Source: Azolla caroliniana
Lineage: Eukaryota > Plantae > Polypodiophyta
Direction: 5' to 3'
NCBI GenBank assembly: GCA_043228905.1
Contig: JBHGNT010000990.1
Location: forward strand, 1-13,158
DNA: 13,158 bases
This document shows positions 9,087-13,158 of this stretch, one piece after another. Under the pieces are notes generated by a model. The model saw only the letters and a program-made list of their open reading frames with translations, was not told the origin of the DNA and did no database searches. Made by a program: the position numbers and the translations under genes. Each line of letters opens with the position of its first letter. Position 1 is the first letter of the stretch.

Positions 9087-9511
9087 TGTCACGAATAGTA
9101 CTAAAGCAGAGATGGAATTAGTACTAAGAAGAGTAGTACTATTAGTACTAAGAGGACGGGACTGCGTAAGATTCCCGAGAGAGAGAGAGGAAGTGAGAAG
9201 AGGAGAGAGAGAGAAATAGGATGATGACAACAGCTCTTATATTATATGAAAGATAAGTACAAATCGACTAAGAGGCTTAAGACTGGTGTTGAACCAATTT
9301 GGTTCAAAACAATGCCTTGTGCCTCCTTTTATAGTGTTTTTAGGAATAATCTTGAAGCTTCTAGAATGTTCCAGAGAGATCTGGAATATACATCAATTTT
9401 CTATGATAAAGTATAAATGAAAATAATATCCTACAAAATACAATTCCTAATCTAATGGTAAGAGCTCGACCCATGTAGCATAAAGTCATGGGTTCGAGTC
9501 TTGCCATGACA
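9087..9511 (-). mobile_element. Solo LTR (425 bp) of a different family nested in gag
   Basis: TGTCACG...CATGACA termini; perfect 5-bp TSD CACGT (9082-9086 and 9512-9516); minus-strand CTATAAAAGG around 9327-9333; removal restores gag PPRQSNV|EEKKIDDD in frame. Confidence 0.93.
9441..9511 (+). promoter_or_regulatory. Degenerate tRNA-like A/B-box module at the U3 terminus of the solo LTR, antisense to it
   Basis: A-box-like TAATCTAATGG (9448-9458), B-box-like GGTTCGAGTCT (9491-9501), starts 43 nt apart; each deviates from consensus by one transition. Confidence 0.55.
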
Positions 9512-10266
9512 CACGTTACTTTGTCTTGGCGGCTCAGCTACTTTCGACGGTCTTGCTTTCTCCGTGGTAGTCGATCCCGTCAAGTCGGTGTCATCAACCC
9601 ATTGGCGACACTTGTCGAGCCTATTGCATGCCCGCTTCACCGCGATCCAGTCCACTACGAGCCCATTCGCTTGGGTATCATCTTCGAGAAGAGTCCCCAA
9701 CTCTCGTCTATCCTATATGTCCACGGCCTTCAAGAAGTACAAAGTCTTGTCCTCTTCAAGCAACACTTGGTCCGTATTGGGGAGACGACTAAACATCTGA
9801 TCGAATTCATCGTACACCCTCGAGACGCTCATCTTCTTATTCTTCTTCTCTATCCACTTCATCAGGGCATGTCGAGTCATCCTCGTTGAGTCTTCAGTCA
9901 CGAACTCCGCTAGTATCGTTTTCTCGAACTCGGACCATGTTGTCTTACCTTCTTGAAGCTCGATGACGCGTCTTTGGATGTTGTTGGCGACAACTCTCTT
10001 CAAGCTTGCGATTTGACGTGCCTCGGACACGTCCCTCTGATTCATCTCCCTTCTATATGCATCAAGGAACTTCGTAACGTTCCTTCCATCGAATTGGCCC
10101 TCGAGCTCTACGACCCGATCGACAACCTTCTCCACGCTCGCGTCGTTGTCCCGAGATCTCATCATTTGCTCGACGATTAGCATCATCCTTTCGAGCTCTC
10201 CCGCTTGGTTGCTTGAGGACGCCATCTCCAAGTATTAATCTCGACTTGATCCTTCCTACTGCCTCT

Positions 10267-10284
10267 TTCACGTCGGGTTCACCA
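10267..10284 (-). other. Primer binding site complementary to the 3' end of tRNA-Trp
   Basis: + strand TTCACGTCGGGTTCACCA matches the 3' 18 nt of plant cytosolic tRNA-Trp as recalled; lies 8 nt inside the 5' LTR boundary. Confidence 0.85.
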
Positions 10285-10743
10285 CTTAATTATGTCGTGA
10301 AGATCCGTCACTACGCGCGGATTGTGAGGCGGAACCGTCGGGGTTCTGGACCAGAAGGATTCAAAATCGGTACAAGCTTTGGCGAGAAAGTACTTAAGAT
10401 AGATTGGGAAAGAGAGAAGTTGAGATTAAACGATTGAGAGAGATTGATTGAACTTTTATCTTTGGATTTAAGAAACAAGTTACACCATCAATTTGATAAC
10501 GAATTTCTTCTTCTTAATTTCATAACCCAAAAAAAAACACCTTTTTCTCCTCCCCCTTCCTTCTTTTATAGATGCTCTCATGCATATGATGCATGTGAGG
10601 GTACAAGACATGCATAAAATGCATGTTTGCCATTTGGCGCTTGTGTATTACATGTGGTGCATGATAACCATGTCACTCATTTTACCTCTCATGTATGAGA
10701 ATTTACATGTAAAAGTACAATGATAGAAATATAAATTTAACTA

Positions 10744-10815
10744 AATGGCATGGCTTAATGGTAAGCCAATTGACTCCTAACTCGGAGGTGCAAGGTTCGA
10801 ATCCTTACTTACCCT
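10744..10815 (+). promoter_or_regulatory. tRNA-like / Pol III A/B-box module (5' LTR copy)
   Basis: A box 10751-10761 and B box 10794-10804, identical to the boxes in the 3' LTR. Confidence 0.72.
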
Positions 10816-10864
10816 CCTTGTATATGTAGATCTGTATATATATTTATATATTTATTTATCTATT

Positions 10865-11020
10865 CGCCGGATGCCGTCGGTTACCGGTGCCGCACCGGAT
10901 GTCGTCGTCTCACCGGCGCCGGATTGCCGCTGGATGCCGTCAGTTACCGGTGCCTCGTCGGATGCCGTCGTCTCACCAACACCGGATGCCGCCGGATCAC
11001 CGGCTCCATCGTCGGTCCGG
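10865..11020. repeat. GC-rich minisatellite in the 5' LTR (2 units of ~63 bp)
   Basis: (G/A)GTTACCGGTGC at 10879 and 10942. Confidence 0.88.
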
Positions 11021-11534
11021 TTTTGGTTGGCCAAAACCCTTTACGAGTAGCTAGCCCACCTCCACTCTTAGTTCAAGTTACCTTGAACTCTCGATGCTCC
11101 ACACATAGACACAAAGATAATATCTTTTGCTCTACCTTATATATGATGAGAGCCGTATTTGTCGTGCCTATGTGGGATATCTCACAATTTTCTCTTTTCC
11201 TTTCACAAACTTTATACCCTCATATCTTGACATTTAGTTGTCCGTTTCTCGTGTAATAAAGTGCATTCGAAACCTCCATCATTTTGTACTTAGATATTAA
11301 ATTTATTTAAAATGTAATCTTCACAATTATTGTATTATGTGATTCATACTCGATTTTGTAAGTTTTATGGGATTTTCACACTATTGCCGAAAATCTTCAC
11401 GACAACGTATGTTATTTACTATTTTAGATACCCTTCTATAAAAATACAGTTAATAAAAATACCCCTTAGTGCCAATATATATTTTGACAACAACTCATTT
11501 GAAATGCCCTTACATAGAAGACACAGATATGTTT

Positions 11535-11746
11535 TATACATGTGTGTATGTATATATTATATTGTATTGCATATGTTGTATATATTTTATGTATGTATGG
11601 GTTATGTGTGTGTTCATGTGTATGTATTGCATTGCATGTATGTATTGTATTCCATGTTTATTTATGTCTGTACTATATTGCATGTGTGGTATATCTTAGT
11701 TGTATAACATGTGTGTATGTATCTATGTGTTATGTGTGTATGTGTG
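11535..11746. repeat. Degenerate TG/TA/TATG low-complexity tract
   Basis: Runs such as TGTGTGTATGTATATAT and TATGTGTGTATGTGTGT; explains the spurious C/V/Y/M-rich ORFs. Confidence 0.8.
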
Positions 11747-12314
11747 TCGGGGCTTGTGTCTATTTGCACCTAAATCATAAATATTCTTTTACTAATAAAG
11801 ACTCAAGAATTCATTATTTGGTTTGATAGTTATTCGAAACCCTAAACTTTATGAAATTCATCAACAATCATCACGAATACCCCATCACTATAAGAAGTTC
11901 CTTCAAATGCTCAATAACTTCTCACATCACAACATTATTTAACGAGGAAGAGATTAATATATGACTGATTCAATATGTGAAGCTTATCAAGCATATATGT
12001 GCTACATGGGTCAAGCCACATTTACCATACATATCAATCACACTATTGGCAATACAACATCTCTTTCTAATACACATTTTCCTTAGATTATATAGTTTGC
12101 AACAAACAAACACATGCAAAACCAACTTGTTATAATAAAGACATACCTACGGTTCAAATAATGTTTCAAACAAACACTAATTCATTAGATGAGAGGAAAC
12201 TAATATATTACAACACATGCAATGATTTATTTATCAATCTCCTTCCTTTACAACAAGTAGAAATGAGGACCTTGCATTCTCCTAATGATGTAGCACGAAG
12301 AAAGATGAATACAA

Positions 12315-13158
12315 TGTTAGGTGATAATAAAAATCCACAGACACAGTTAGTGAATATTAAAGTGGGTGGTGTTATGTACACATAACGTTGGTGAGGGTAG
12401 GTCACTAATATTTACATTAGTGAAGGGTATGTTCACTATTATTAAAAAGGGGACTAATGATTGGATAGAATGAATGATATGTGCATGCACTATCATGATT
12501 TAGACAACCAATGAATAGAGAGCCTTTTAGAAAGGCACATCTATTCAAGGGGCCTAGGAAAAGGTATAAATATGAGGCTTAGCTACCCTCATAGAGATCA
12601 TCACGTCGGAAGGCTGCTGTCGTAGACACCGGTGGTGCGGGCTAGGCTTTCGTCTCGACGATCGTGTTTATCTCTTCCAAGGTATTAGTCATCCTAATAT
12701 CCAGCGGTATGGGACGTCGGTGGTAGGTTGGCTATGTCTAGATCATAGCTCGGGGGTGGTCGGGTGGAACGGGTTCTTCTATCCAATCTATTTTCTTCCT
12801 TTTTACTTGATTTGGTCTATTGATTAGTAATAGACTCTTAACAGTGGTATCAGAGCTTTTACTAACAATTTTTTTGTTGTTTTGATGTTTTTTGCGTGTG
12901 AGCGAGGGGGATCTAACAAGGCTCGTCATGCTCTTCTCAGGATCAAAACAACACTCTAAACCTGGTATTCTTCTTTTTTGATCTCTTCTCTTTTTCTATT
13001 ATGCGTTCTTTATGGTCGAATCAAATTGGTATTACGTTTTATTCTCTTTCTTTCTACCTCCTACTACGCTACGATTTTACTTATTATTATGCATCGGGCC
13101 GAGCGTGTTTGCACTAATCGCACACGCTCAACTCATGGCCTTTTGCATATTGCGATAT
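12315..13158 (+). mobile_element. 5' end of another LTR retrotransposon: 5' LTR (~12315-12843), PBS and leader; left boundary uncertain
   Basis: CTTAACA (ends 12843) + G + TGGTATCAGAGC; TATAAATA at 12565-12572; best inverted-terminus candidate TGTTAGG at 12315. Confidence 0.75.
12845..12856 (+). other. Primer binding site for initiator tRNA-Met
   Basis: Canonical TGGTATCAGAGC one base after a CA LTR end. Confidence 0.9.

Larger units (their letters stand above)
7599..10231 (-). pseudogene. gag: gag-protease ORF, disrupted (stop at 9713-9715, solo LTR at 9087-9511, frameshifts near 8770 and ~8500)
   Basis: Gag-like FDGRNVTKFLDAY...WSEFEK; zinc knuckle CVWCDSMDHMRRDC (CX2CX4HX4C); protease ALMDHGSEINLM...VILGQPY. 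Confidence 0.9.
3521..11404 (-). mobile_element. Ty3/Gypsy LTR retrotransposon, non-chromovirus, two LTRs, defective
   Basis: Paired LTRs 3521-4720 and 10293-11404; PBS, PPT, domain order gag-PR-RT-(RH missing)-IN; integrase ends without a chromodomain; candidate 4-bp TSD ACAT (3517-3520) / ACGT (11405-11408). Confidence 0.97.
10293..11404 (-). repeat. 5' LTR (1112 bp)
   Basis: Same 12-bp inverted termini as 3521-4720; roughly 16 substitutions counted by eye over ~900 bp of non-repeat sequence. Confidence 0.97.

Noticed and set aside
4927-10437. Numerous + strand ORFs inside the Gypsy element
   Set aside because: Antisense shadows of gag/pol with no recognisable motifs.
11330-11826. Cys/Tyr/Val-rich ORFs
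   Set aside because: Translation of a TG/TA low-complexity tract.
12161-12405. Short ORFs 12161-12385 (+) and 12208-12405 (-)
   Set aside because: AT-rich, no recognisable domain, and they straddle the candidate LTR boundary.

Overview
Eukaryotic, repeat-dense DNA from a plant, probably a non-seed plant such as a moss (inferred from element types; not provable here). It is a nest of LTR retrotransposons. (1) The 3' end of a + strand LTR element: PPT plus LTR, 1-~999. (2) A spliced, C>T-decayed pseudogene fragment of a beta-class N4C/N6A DNA methyltransferase (1000-1650), cut off on its 5' side by that LTR. The ORF track misses it because an 83-nt intron splits the SAM-binding motif. (3) A decayed Tat/Athila-like Ty3/Gypsy protease-RT remnant (~2330-3445, minus). 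(4) A two-LTR, non-chromovirus Ty3/Gypsy element (3521-11404, minus) with a tRNA-Trp PBS, PPT, gag-protease, RT and integrase, but RNase H apparently deleted. A 425-bp solo LTR of another family is inserted in its gag. (5) The 5' LTR and tRNA-iMet PBS of a further element at the right edge. The most notable observations are the intron-containing amino-methyltransferase remnant and tRNA-like Pol III A/B-box modules sitting antisense in the U3 of two unrelated LTR families.
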